Positions 10,467 through 18,403 of a stretch of 59,154 bases of DNA are shown here, one piece after another. Every line of letters begins with the position of its first letter. Position 1 is the first letter of the stretch. The DNA lies in assembly GCA_037130015.1 (NCBI GenBank), contig JBAXTU010000004.1, forward strand, positions 1-59,154, in the 5' to 3' direction. The notes beneath the pieces are model-generated. The model was not told where the DNA came from. It ran no database searches and saw only the letters and a list, made by a program, of their open reading frames with translations. A program made the position numbers and the translations under genes. This stretch comes from a bacterium. GTDB taxonomy: Bacteria > Patescibacteriota > Patescibacteriia > 2-01-FULL-39-33.

Positions 10467-10910
10467 TTAATTCGAATATCTCTGGAGACACTCTCGCTTG
10501 CTATTGGCTTTAATGTTGTTGATAGTGGCGGCCTGAGCTGAGGTGATAGTACAGCCGTTAGGATTCTTAGGATTGTTTAGCTCGCAATTGATATGGGCTC
10601 TACTGAACACTCCATTGGCATCATTGCGGCATGTTTGATAATCGGCAGCACATTGATTTGCCCATGCGACGTTATACTCATTATCGGCTTCCTGATAGCA
10701 CTGATCCAAATTATGCTGCCGGGTTTGTTCATTTTGTTGATTATTATATTGCAGACTGCTTTGTTCCGCTCTGTTAACTTCAATATTCTTGTTTTGGACA
10801 TAGTTAATCAATATTCCCAAAGCAATGAAAAAGACAATGATGATGCTGATAGCTGCCAAGACGATTGAAAATAGTCTCTTTGGCTGATGGATGTTGTTTG
10901 TTTCCGGCAT
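10467..10910 (-). CDS. Hypothetical membrane-anchored protein with Cys-rich extracellular domain
   Basis: 147 aa, one N-terminal TM helix, six Cys in the C-terminal part, co-oriented with the S49 gene. Confidence 0.7.
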   Translation of the reverse strand: MPETNNIHQPKRLFSIVLAAISIIIVFFIALGILINYVQNKNIEVNRAEQSSLQYNNQQNEQTRQHNLDQCYQEADNEYNVAWANQCAADYQTCRNDANGVFSRAHINCELNNPKNPNGCTITSAQAATINNIKANSKRECLQRYSN

Positions 10911-10931
10911 ATGTTTAATAAAATTAATAAT

Positions 10932-11123
10932 AAAAAAACCAGCATTCAGCCGGTTAGTGAGAATTTACTGATACACAAAACCCCACGCCAGCTGGGCTTG
11001 CGCCCCATATCCGTTTCCAGATATGACCTATTGAAAAGTCGCTGATCGTGGGGATCAGTGTTTTCAATAGGTTTTTCAACCATGCCGTCGAATATATCAA
11101 ACGGTTTAGGTCATATAAATTGT
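10932..11123 (-). ncRNA. Candidate structured ncRNA / attenuator leader (about 190 nt)
   Basis: Bounded by a promoter (11130-11158) and an intrinsic terminator (10932-10955); contains a 12+6 bp hairpin, GAAA and GCAA tetraloop hairpins and loop-distal complementarity. Confidence 0.55.
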
Positions 11124-11129
11124 ACCTAA

Positions 11130-11158
11130 ATCATACCAAATCTCGGTGGAAAAATCAA
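11130..11158 (-). promoter_or_regulatory. Sigma70-type promoter
   Basis: TTGATT-N17-TATGAT. Confidence 0.55.
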
Positions 11159-11181
11159 TAAATATGGCAAATCTTCCTAAA

Positions 11182-11367
11182 TTATGCCATTTGAAGAACT
11201 CTGGTTAATGACATACATTCGGCACAATACACTCTTTTAGGCTTAGGCAGGTGCGGATATTGGAGGTAGAGGCGATGTTTAAGAAAAAGCCGATTGCAGT
11301 TTAAACATTTCCAGACATTAACGTTCTCTTTGGCTTGGTACTTCTTGAGGTGATAAATCTTAGGCAT
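11182..11367 (-). CDS. Small zinc-finger protein
   Basis: 61 aa, CLNC...CAEC. Confidence 0.6.
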   Translation of the reverse strand: MPKIYHLKKYQAKENVNVWKCLNCNRLFLKHRLYLQYPHLPKPKRVYCAECMSLTRVLQMA

Positions 11368-11383
11368 AAAATGATTGGTTAAT

Positions 11384-11429
11384 AATAAACGGCAGAAAGA
11401 TTGCTATTCTTCCTGCCGTTTATTTTTTT
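11384..11429. terminator. Hairpin terminator, possibly bidirectional
   Basis: AATAAACGGCAG / CTGCCGTTTATT 12-bp stem with T tract on +. Confidence 0.55.
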
Positions 11430-11430
11430 A

Positions 11431-11778
11431 TTAAATATTGCGCACGAATTTACAGCTCGGATAATTTGAACAGCCCATAAAAGTACTGCCAGTCTTACTT
11501 CTTCGCTCTCTAAGATCACCACCACATCTTGGACAAGAACTATCAGCAGGGGGAAACAAATTAGCAGAATGAACGGAAGATACTGGGGACTTGGCAGTGT
11601 CGGCATGAGGGGTTAATTCGCCATTGAGGCTGGCTCGTAATTCGTTGTAGAGCTTAGTGCCTTCTTCAGTCGTATCACAGCGGATATTCACCATTGTAGA
11701 GCGTTCCATAACCTGGTTGTCAGAGTTGCGCTTAATCGTGTAGTTGATCTGAATTTTATTGTAGTCGTTGATCGTCAT
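11431..11778 (-). CDS. Protein with C-terminal topoisomerase-type C4 zinc finger
   Basis: CPRCGGDLRERRSKTGSTFMGCSNYPSCKF matches the zf-C4_Topoisom pattern. Confidence 0.8.
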   Translation of the reverse strand: MTINDYNKIQINYTIKRNSDNQVMERSTMVNIRCDTTEEGTKLYNELRASLNGELTPHADTAKSPVSSVHSANLFPPADSSCPRCGGDLRERRSKTGSTFMGCSNYPSCKFVRNI

Positions 11779-12242
11779 ACGGTTGCATAGTTATTATTTA
11801 AATTCTGCTTCAGCTTGTTGGGCAAACAGAAGCAGGGCTCCCAATCGTTGATGAGAGTATAAAAAGAACCGAAGTAGTAAACGGCGGTGGATTTGGAGGG
11901 AAGAGATAAAGAATCGCCGTTAATGTCGGAAATCATAAATGGCCTGCCTAAAGCATTACGAATAAATACATAATCCGAGAACCACTTGCCAATATAACTG
12001 CGATTATCAAAGCATATAGAGGTGGGAAGTGGCGAGCGATAGAGGGAAACGTCAGAATAACCGAAGAATTCATCGTTAAAGCTCTTAATGGCGAAGTCAA
12101 AGGATTTAAGGTCATTAACGCCTTTTAGTAGTTCAATTAGTTGGTAGCCATTAGAATCATAATCGCAATACATATGGCCATTAAATTCCAAGGATCGGAC
12201 TAGATTATCATTATGAAGTAGGACGGCTATGCCTCTTGTCAT
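11775..12242 (-). CDS. Hypothetical protein
   Basis: 155 aa, coupled to both neighbours by 4-nt overlaps. Confidence 0.65.
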   Translation of the reverse strand: MTRGIAVLLHNDNLVRSLEFNGHMYCDYDSNGYQLIELLKGVNDLKSFDFAIKSFNDEFFGYSDVSLYRSPLPTSICFDNRSYIGKWFSDYVFIRNALGRPFMISDINGDSLSLPSKSTAVYYFGSFYTLINDWEPCFCLPNKLKQNLNNNYATV

Positions 12243-12499
12243 ATAGTTACTTCCTCTCTGATTGAATTATGAATCATTGGCCGCTCATTAATTCCTTGGC
12301 ATTTATAGCATTTAACGGCTAACGGATCCCAGCCAAAGAAACGGAGGTTGTAGGTGCTTATCCGGCCTCCACAGCGGATGCATTTCATTATTGGCGCCGG
12401 AGTACGGGACCAGTTATCATTTAGCAGTTCCGATAGAACTTGGTCGGTTAGAATTTCTTTGTTACTAATTTGATAGCGATTTAACTTTCTTTTGAACAT
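12239..12499 (-). CDS. Small zinc-ribbon protein
   Basis: 86 aa, CIRC...CYKC. Confidence 0.65.
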   Translation of the reverse strand: MFKRKLNRYQISNKEILTDQVLSELLNDNWSRTPAPIMKCIRCGGRISTYNLRFFGWDPLAVKCYKCQGINERPMIHNSIREEVTI

Positions 12500-12678
12500 A
12501 AATTTGTATTATTAATTTTAGTAATGACGACCTTACCCGGCAGATACTCAACGGCCAAATTATCACCGATAACTAACCCGGCAATTCCAAATAGATACAT
12601 TGAATTAGTTAATCTGATCATTGGCGTCTTGATATTTCTGCTACTAGGTTTGTAGGAAACTAAATAATTCTTAATCAT
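12481..12678 (-). CDS. SymE/AbrB-fold-like small protein
   Basis: Start reassigned to ATG 12678; PMIRLTNSMYLFGIAGLVIGDNLAVEYLPGKVVITK resembles the SymE pattern. Confidence 0.55.
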   Translation of the reverse strand: MIKNYLVSYKPSSRNIKTPMIRLTNSMYLFGIAGLVIGDNLAVEYLPGKVVITKINNTNLCSKES

Positions 12679-12688
12679 AGATATAGAA

Positions 12689-12991
12689 TTAATTAATCCT
12701 GTCGCACTGGAGTGGAAGAAAAAATAAATGACATGTCTTCGGAATTTTCTTCTTCTGCCCATTTGACTCATCTGCTTCGATAAAGGTCAAGGACTTTAAC
12801 GATTTCTCCCCACGCCTAACCCTATATCCTCGTTTAAGCGCCTCTCTATAAGTGAGAGTGTTACCTGAAGCCGGGTCATACTGCTCTGCCGCTTCCGGAC
12901 CGAACCTCTCTAAGATCTGCTGACGGACGATTTCAGCAGTTCTTTGCGAACCGGTCCAATTACTAGCCATGGTCTCTGCGATAGATTCCAT
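12689..12991 (-). CDS. ArdC-like N-terminal ssDNA-binding domain protein
   Basis: TYREALKRGYRVRRGEKS...LFFLPLQ resembles the ArdC-N motif T(Y/F)xxWxxxGxxVxKGEK; AAGGA RBS upstream. Confidence 0.65.
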   Translation of the reverse strand: MESIAETMASNWTGSQRTAEIVRQQILERFGPEAAEQYDPASGNTLTYREALKRGYRVRRGEKSLKSLTFIEADESNGQKKKIPKTCHLFFLPLQCDRIN

Positions 12992-13297
12992 AGAATTGTT
13001 TCCTTTCCAACCAAAAAATCCGCCAGAGATAAACCAGCGGAGTTGATGGTAGATTATTAATAAAAACGCAGGACTAAATAATTAAATTCTTAATCCTGCG
13101 CTAATATAGTGGTAATAATAATTATTGAATCGGGAGTATGGGGGGTTGTCTGATTTAACATCCATAGATTCCATTGGTACCATAGGGTAACCATTCTACC
13201 TGCTTCGGCGGTCACTTTTTAAGTTTCAAGCCGTAAGTACCTAAGGCTGGGGAAATTTTCTGTAATTTTTTTTCGGATTCCAGGTTAAAGCTATTGG

Positions 13298-13376
13298 CTG
13301 ACAAAAGATCAGAAAATGGCTATAATTGAAGTGTTATTAGGTACATAATTAAGTGTATATAATAATATACACTTAA
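13298..13376 (+). promoter_or_regulatory. Promoter followed by palindromic operator-like site
   Basis: CTGACA-N17-TATAAT (13298-13326), then perfect 12-bp inverted repeat TTAAGTGTATAT-N4-ATATACACTTAA (13349-13376). Confidence 0.55.
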
Positions 13377-13435
13377 ACCGGTTCAAATGGCTTAATAAAT
13401 AATAATCCGATTAATGGGTATCTTCCTTCAGGAAT

Positions 13436-14641
13436 GTGCCATTTATAACAAAAATCAATAAGAGTCAGAGGCTTATGGAAAGAATTGATATCAGAGAATT
13501 GTGTTTTATCAAGATGCTACTCATCAAATGTGGCTATTTTGTTAATGAGTCAATAAATATTAGGGGCATAGAAATAACCTTGGGCATCGACAGAGACTAT
13601 TTCATTGATTCCCTGCGACATCTGATTAAACTACAAATGATAGATTGTTTCGATATTGAATTAGACTATGACTATATAATCAATCATAAGAAAAAAGATG
13701 GGGCTCCATATTTTAGTTTTGCTCAAAAACATAGTTCTGAAGAACTGGAGATATTCTATCAAGATCCTACTCCTGATTCTGACCATGAATTATTCCGCGC
13801 CCTACAAAAAGAACTTAAAGAATCTATTACAATTGATGAATATTTATCATCATTTAATCTACCAAGGAACATTAGTGATCGAACTGATTTTCAAATAAAA
13901 ATAAATAAAGAAAAACTTAACAAATACTTGGCCGATTATCTAACCGTATATCGTGAGAATAAATTTATAACGAATGAGAAATGTGATTTTAATTCGCAAA
14001 AAAATATAGTTTCATCAATCATAGCGGATGCCACTGATAAAATTATCCCCTTATTAACTGATGTCGAAAAAAGCAGCCCTTTTGGCATCGATATTACCAT
14101 TGATTGCGAGAACCTAGATTACAATAAATTTGATATTCTAGAAATACTCCTAATAATAGAAAATGAACGGCTTGTCAAAATTACTGGGATTGATCTTGGC
14201 ACTATTTTTGACTATGACTATAAGCCGGTAGATGTCTGTAATAAAATTGGACTAACTGTTGCTGACTATAAAAACAACAAACTCCTGCTGACCAATAAGA
14301 GCGATAATGCCATTAATTATGTTTTTCACGAATATGGCATGCATACCGGACATTTAACCATTGGCAACTATCCAAAGATAACTTTTACTAAGAAGACGGC
14401 TGATATCGTAAATTATTTCTATGAGATAGGCAAGTTTGATAAGGAATTCCATAACTATCAAGATTTCAATAAATTTATTTCTGATCCAAAATTAGAAGTG
14501 GTATCAGATGAGTTTAATAAGAAAATCCAGGAAATAAACAAAAGAATCTGCAGAGACACTAAAAAAGTAATTAAGGAGCTGATAATTAAAGGAAAAAACA
14601 AATCCAATGAAGCCAATATTTATCGTTGGCGTGGTAATTAA
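13436..14641 (+). CDS. Hypothetical protein with probable C-terminal winged-helix DNA-binding domain
   Basis: 401-aa AT-rich ORF (ATG 13474 may be the true start); C-terminal ~90 aa has an OmpR-like wHTH pattern ending IYRWRG. Confidence 0.6.
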   Translation: MPFITKINKSQRLMERIDIRELCFIKMLLIKCGYFVNESINIRGIEITLGIDRDYFIDSLRHLIKLQMIDCFDIELDYDYIINHKKKDGAPYFSFAQKHSSEELEIFYQDPTPDSDHELFRALQKELKESITIDEYLSSFNLPRNISDRTDFQIKINKEKLNKYLADYLTVYRENKFITNEKCDFNSQKNIVSSIIADATDKIIPLLTDVEKSSPFGIDITIDCENLDYNKFDILEILLIIENERLVKITGIDLGTIFDYDYKPVDVCNKIGLTVADYKNNKLLLTNKSDNAINYVFHEYGMHTGHLTIGNYPKITFTKKTADIVNYFYEIGKFDKEFHNYQDFNKFISDPKLEVVSDEFNKKIQEINKRICRDTKKVIKELIIKGKNKSNEANIYRWRGN

Positions 14642-14676
14642 TTCCATTCGAGGTTTATATCGCTGTTCATAAGTCT

Positions 14677-14706
14677 AAAAAGATGGCTAAATATAGCCAT
14701 TTTTTT
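14677..14706 (+). terminator. Intrinsic terminator
   Basis: ATGGCTA-aata-TAGCCAT followed by a T run. Confidence 0.6.
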
Positions 14707-14836
14707 ATTGGAAAATTCGAGTTTTCACCGAGCAAAGGAGTGGTTTTTTGACATTCAAATGCGTGGAATAATTAAGTTACAAGCTAGCTAGCCCGCACAT
14801 TGACAACTGAATACTAATTAATAACACGCCAAGAAT

Positions 14837-15364
14837 ATGAAAAAGTTAACGCCTGGGCTGGCTATTAAATGGAAGTGTCTGGATTGCAATTGCTATTCCA
14901 TGAAGGAAGCCAGAGATTGCGGTTTCCTTGATTGCCCGCTGCATCAGTATCGGTTAGGAAAAAACCCCCATAGGAGTGGCCATGGGATTACCGCCAACCT
15001 CAAGATGACTGATAGTACCAAAAAGACTCCAACCAAGGTCGACTGCCCAATCGTATCGGCAAAAAATGAAGAAAGTGGGGTCTCTAAGGATATGGTCACT
15101 TACCCACTAAAGTCGATTAGGCGGAATTGTCTGTCTTGCATGAATGGCAACCAGTACGAGGTCGCTAAGTGCCCCTCCCTATTCTGTCCCACCTACCTAT
15201 TCCGATTTGGCCGCAAACCAACATTAAACGAACTTGATGATTATCTTAGAGATCATCCGATACTTATCTCTAGAGATGAGTCGGACGAATATCTGATTAG
15301 AATGAGCAGACTGCTAATTTCGGCAATAAAAAAGATGTGGGAGGATTACGACGATGGAGTTTAA
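14837..15364 (+). CDS. Hypothetical protein with two tandem Cys4 zinc-binding repeats
   Basis: AIKWKCLDC..C....CPLHQYRLGKNP and SIRRNCLSC..C....CPTYLFRFGRKP. Confidence 0.7.
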   Translation: MKKLTPGLAIKWKCLDCNCYSMKEARDCGFLDCPLHQYRLGKNPHRSGHGITANLKMTDSTKKTPTKVDCPIVSAKNEESGVSKDMVTYPLKSIRRNCLSCMNGNQYEVAKCPSLFCPTYLFRFGRKPTLNELDDYLRDHPILISRDESDEYLIRMSRLLISAIKKMWEDYDDGV

Positions 15365-16391
15365 AGTATGCAATCTTAGCGTTCAGAATCAGGAGAATTC
15401 CAAACTAATGGCCACGGCTGCCGTCTCTTTTAATGGCATTAAGGTTATGGGCTGGAAGCTGACTAAGAATCTTAATGATCAAATGGTGGTATATCCGCCT
15501 TCAACTAAAAAGAATAACGGCTATAAACAAGTGGTTGATGTTGATGTGGCGACCATGGAACAAATTACGGAAGAGATTATAAACGCCTACAAAGAGAAAA
15601 TTGAAAATCCGAGGACCAGAAGTAAGGATCCTCCGCAATTAGTTAGTTTTAATTACAATTTGATGCGTCACTTCTATTGCGGCCATAAAAAGGAATTGAC
15701 TGGCTTAAGAATATATTTGGTTGCCCGGCAGATTATTGATTTGAAAGGAGAGAACTGCGGTCGAGCTGAGGTAAAAGCATTATGCAAAATACTAAAGATA
15801 TCAATTAAATATCTGCGCGCCCAATGCCGGAGATGCCCCGATCTCTTCAGTGGTTATAGCCAAAGATTCGTCTATTACCGCAGCTTAAGAAAGATTATCA
15901 AGTCCCATCGCTTAGATTCTAAGAAGTCTATAATCCGCCAAGAAAAGCTAAATGATCGCCTGTTAAGGTTCTTTTCTGCCAATAAACTATTTAAAAGCTA
16001 TATCACGATGGCGGCTATGGAAAAAGATGTGGGAAAATTTGGCTACACCAAAGGACGAATCAGTTTTGGCAAGGTGGCTGAAGAATTATTTATCAGCCCA
16101 AGGACGGCTTTTAGTAATATCAAGAAATCGAGAATAAAGAAGGAAAGGAATATCCGTTCCTATCCGAAATACCATTTTCTTGATCGGAAGGCTTTTTACT
16201 ATTGGATAGCAGATAATAAAGATCTGGTGGTAGATCCGGAAATCAAAGAACATATTGGCGACCATCTTTATAGCTACTTCGCCAAACAAACCAAGAAAGG
16301 TGATTATGTTCTGGCCCGGCGATTGCCAAACTTCTATAAGATCACAGCCGTCAGCCAAAAGAAAGGTAGACGCAAGAAAAGTAAGAAATAA
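15354..16391 (+). CDS. SpoVG-like domain fused to a basic HTH-containing region; candidate replication/DNA-binding protein
   Basis: N-terminal ATAAVSFNGIKVMGWKL...VVYPPS...ITEEIINAYKE resembles SpoVG; ISFGKVAEELFISPRTAFSNIKK is HTH-like; very Lys/Arg-rich. Confidence 0.55.
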   Translation: MEFKVCNLSVQNQENSKLMATAAVSFNGIKVMGWKLTKNLNDQMVVYPPSTKKNNGYKQVVDVDVATMEQITEEIINAYKEKIENPRTRSKDPPQLVSFNYNLMRHFYCGHKKELTGLRIYLVARQIIDLKGENCGRAEVKALCKILKISIKYLRAQCRRCPDLFSGYSQRFVYYRSLRKIIKSHRLDSKKSIIRQEKLNDRLLRFFSANKLFKSYITMAAMEKDVGKFGYTKGRISFGKVAEELFISPRTAFSNIKKSRIKKERNIRSYPKYHFLDRKAFYYWIADNKDLVVDPEIKEHIGDHLYSYFAKQTKKGDYVLARRLPNFYKITAVSQKKGRRKKSKK

Positions 16392-16402
16392 GTTTAGCGG
16401 AC

Positions 16403-16503
16403 GCTTGCGACCGCATCTCAGTTCCCGGAATAACTTGGGGCCAACATCCTCGTGATGACCTCTGAATTAGCTCAACTCCGGTGACTGAGATGCGGTCGCA
16501 AGC
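16403..16503. repeat. Perfect 20-bp inverted repeat with 61-nt spacer
   Basis: GCTTGCGACCGCATCTCAGT (16403-16422) / ACTGAGATGCGGTCGCAAGC (16484-16503). Confidence 0.9.
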
Positions 16504-16778
16504 CCTGACCGTCCACAAACTTGCAAAGTACTATGCTCAACTAATCTACTAAAGCATAGCAAGCAAAGACACAAGCTGATGACAATATATTAGTGATAAT
16601 AATATTCATTGTCATCAAAAAGATAGAAATTTCCTAGGAATATATTAAGTTCGATCAAATGAAATATCACACCAAAAACACTATGGAAAGATAGGAGTGG
16701 TAATTTTTTTGCAAAATGCGACTTTATCCTACTAACCTCGGTAAATCTCTATTATTTTAAAATAATTTAACAAAGTTT

Positions 16779-16946
16779 ATGCCAAAATTTTATTGCGAAG
16801 ACATCATCGGCTGGTGCGATGATGATCATTTTTACTGCGAAGATTGCCTACCCGATGATAAGGATCTGAAACCGATCTTTATCGATCAGTACGACGAAGA
16901 TGAAATTGTTATTTTCTGCGATTGCTGCGGCGAACAAATCATCTAG
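16779..16946 (+). CDS. Small acidic Cys-rich protein (55 aa)
   Basis: Not in ORF track: MPKFYCEDIIGWCDDDHFYCEDCLPDDKDLKPIFIDQYDEDEIVIFCDCCGEQII; strongly non-random composition, AT-rich leader. Confidence 0.65.
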   Translation: MPKFYCEDIIGWCDDDHFYCEDCLPDDKDLKPIFIDQYDEDEIVIFCDCCGEQII

Positions 16947-16976
16947 CCATAACAAAAATATCAGTCAAACAAGAGC

Positions 16977-17005
16977 TTGATTAACAAAACCTAATAAACT
17001 AAAAT
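16977..17005 (+). promoter_or_regulatory. Promoter of xis-int
   Basis: TTGATT-N17-TAAAAT followed by a hairpin leader (17005-17052) and AAGGA RBS. Confidence 0.5.
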
Positions 17006-17067
17006 GTAGGGAGCCGGGGCCAAGGTCGAGCCCTTCTTGTTCGCTCCTTACAATTTAAAGGATCCGT

Positions 17068-17292
17068 ATGACTACACTACTGACGCCCAAAGAGGCGGCC
17101 GGTCTTCTTCATATTTCTCTTTCAACGCTTTATCGCTTGAAAGATCGGGGTTGCTTACCCTTCTACACAATCGGCAGCGGCATCAGATTTGCCATAGCTG
17201 ATTTGGAGTGTTTCTTGGCGGAAAGTCGTACGGATCTGACGGGAGGAAAAAACTATGCCCTCACGAAAAATACGAAACAAGTGGCATACTGA
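17068..17292 (+). CDS. HTH_17 excisionase-like DNA-binding protein
   Basis: LLTPKEAAGLLHISLSTLYRL...LPFYTIGSGIRF; overlaps the integrase start. Confidence 0.9.
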   Translation: MTTLLTPKEAAGLLHISLSTLYRLKDRGCLPFYTIGSGIRFAIADLECFLAESRTDLTGGKNYALTKNTKQVAY

Positions 17293-18274
17293 CTTCCACT
17301 TCGAGGGAAAACGCTACCGCATCAAAAGTCCGCTTAATACCAGAAATGGCGCGCAGGAGTATGAGAATATGTTGCTAAATAAACTTATTAAGGGTCAGCC
17401 AATCAGGCAGACAGAAGTAAGGCAGGATGTACATCTAAAAGACTTTTATGCCATCTGGTTTGAAAGCTATGTCAAAGCCAATAATCGTCCTTCGGAAATC
17501 AAAAGAAAAGAATCTGTCTTTTCTAACAGCTTACTACCCTTTTTTGGTTCGATGCCACTTAAAGAAATCAGTAATAAAAAAGTCGAGGAGTTTAAGGCGT
17601 TTCGGTTGAGGTCAATATCAATCAAGACGGTAAGAAATGAAGTTTCAATGCTTAGCACTTGTCTGAAAATGGCGGTGGAGTGGGAATACCTAGATAACAT
17701 GCCGAGAATCAAATTGCCAAAAGTGCCTCAGTCAGGTTTTAAATGGTTGCCAGAAGAAGACTGTTTAAAACTACTTCAAGCTACAAGTGGCATGCTCCAT
17801 GATATGATATTTCTGGCTTTGAAAACCGGCCTTAGGTTTGGTGAGCTAATTGCTTTGACTTGGGCGGACATAGACTTTGAACACCGAAGACTGACGGTCA
17901 ATAAATCAGTAGTGCTTGGCAAGTGCGGCCCAACTAAAAGCGGTAGAGTCAGGTATGTGCCATTAACCGATAGTGTCTATGAATATTTTAGTAAACTCAG
18001 ACGCAGTAATGGCTTGCTCTTTATAGAAGAAGATAGCGAGTTTGTTCGTCAAAAAAGAATTAACTATCACTTGGAGAGAGCGTATGTTAGGGCTGGACTA
18101 CCAATCATGGGGTGGCACACTTTGCGTCACACATTCGCCAGTCACTTAGCCTGTAAGGGAGCATCAATTCTAGCTATCAAAGAATTACTAGGTCACCAAG
18201 ATCTAAAAACGAGTTTACGATATAGTCATCTTGGCCCAAATATCACTACTGAAACGATGAAATTACTGGATTGA
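17255..18274 (+). CDS. Tyrosine recombinase / phage-type integrase
   Basis: TGLRFGEL (R), TKSG (K), HTLRH, LGH, RY catalytic residues; N-terminal arm-binding-like domain. Confidence 0.95.
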   Translation: MPSRKIRNKWHTDFHFEGKRYRIKSPLNTRNGAQEYENMLLNKLIKGQPIRQTEVRQDVHLKDFYAIWFESYVKANNRPSEIKRKESVFSNSLLPFFGSMPLKEISNKKVEEFKAFRLRSISIKTVRNEVSMLSTCLKMAVEWEYLDNMPRIKLPKVPQSGFKWLPEEDCLKLLQATSGMLHDMIFLALKTGLRFGELIALTWADIDFEHRRLTVNKSVVLGKCGPTKSGRVRYVPLTDSVYEYFSKLRRSNGLLFIEEDSEFVRQKRINYHLERAYVRAGLPIMGWHTLRHTFASHLACKGASILAIKELLGHQDLKTSLRYSHLGPNITTETMKLLD

Positions 18275-18283
18275 TTTTGAAAG

Positions 18284-18303
18284 TTTGGGCACTATTTGGG
18301 CAC
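18284..18303 (+). repeat. Tandem direct repeat TTTGGGCAC x2, putative integrase arm-type sites
   Basis: Copies at 18284-18292 and 18295-18303 (11-bp period) between the integrase stop and the tRNA 3' end. Confidence 0.6.
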
Positions 18304-18370
18304 AAGTTATATTTTCGGACAAAAATATCGTTTAGAAGCTAAGATCCAGTCCTAATAATTTATCTAAGAT

Positions 18371-18403
18371 AAAACAAAAAACAGAGTATAAACTCTGCTT
18401 TTG
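18371..18403 (-). terminator. Terminator downstream of tRNA-Asp
   Basis: GCAGAGT / ACTCTGT stem followed by TTTTTGTTTT on the minus strand. Confidence 0.6.

Noticed and set aside
10990-11030. c-di-GMP-I riboswitch (GAAA hairpin followed by GGGCGCAAG)
   Set aside because: The 5' GGCAAAC element and the tetraloop-receptor stem are not evident; kept as an unassigned RNA
13160-13200. CCAT recurring with about 9-bp period as iterons
   Set aside because: Only 4 bp are conserved per unit and the spacing is irregular; too weak
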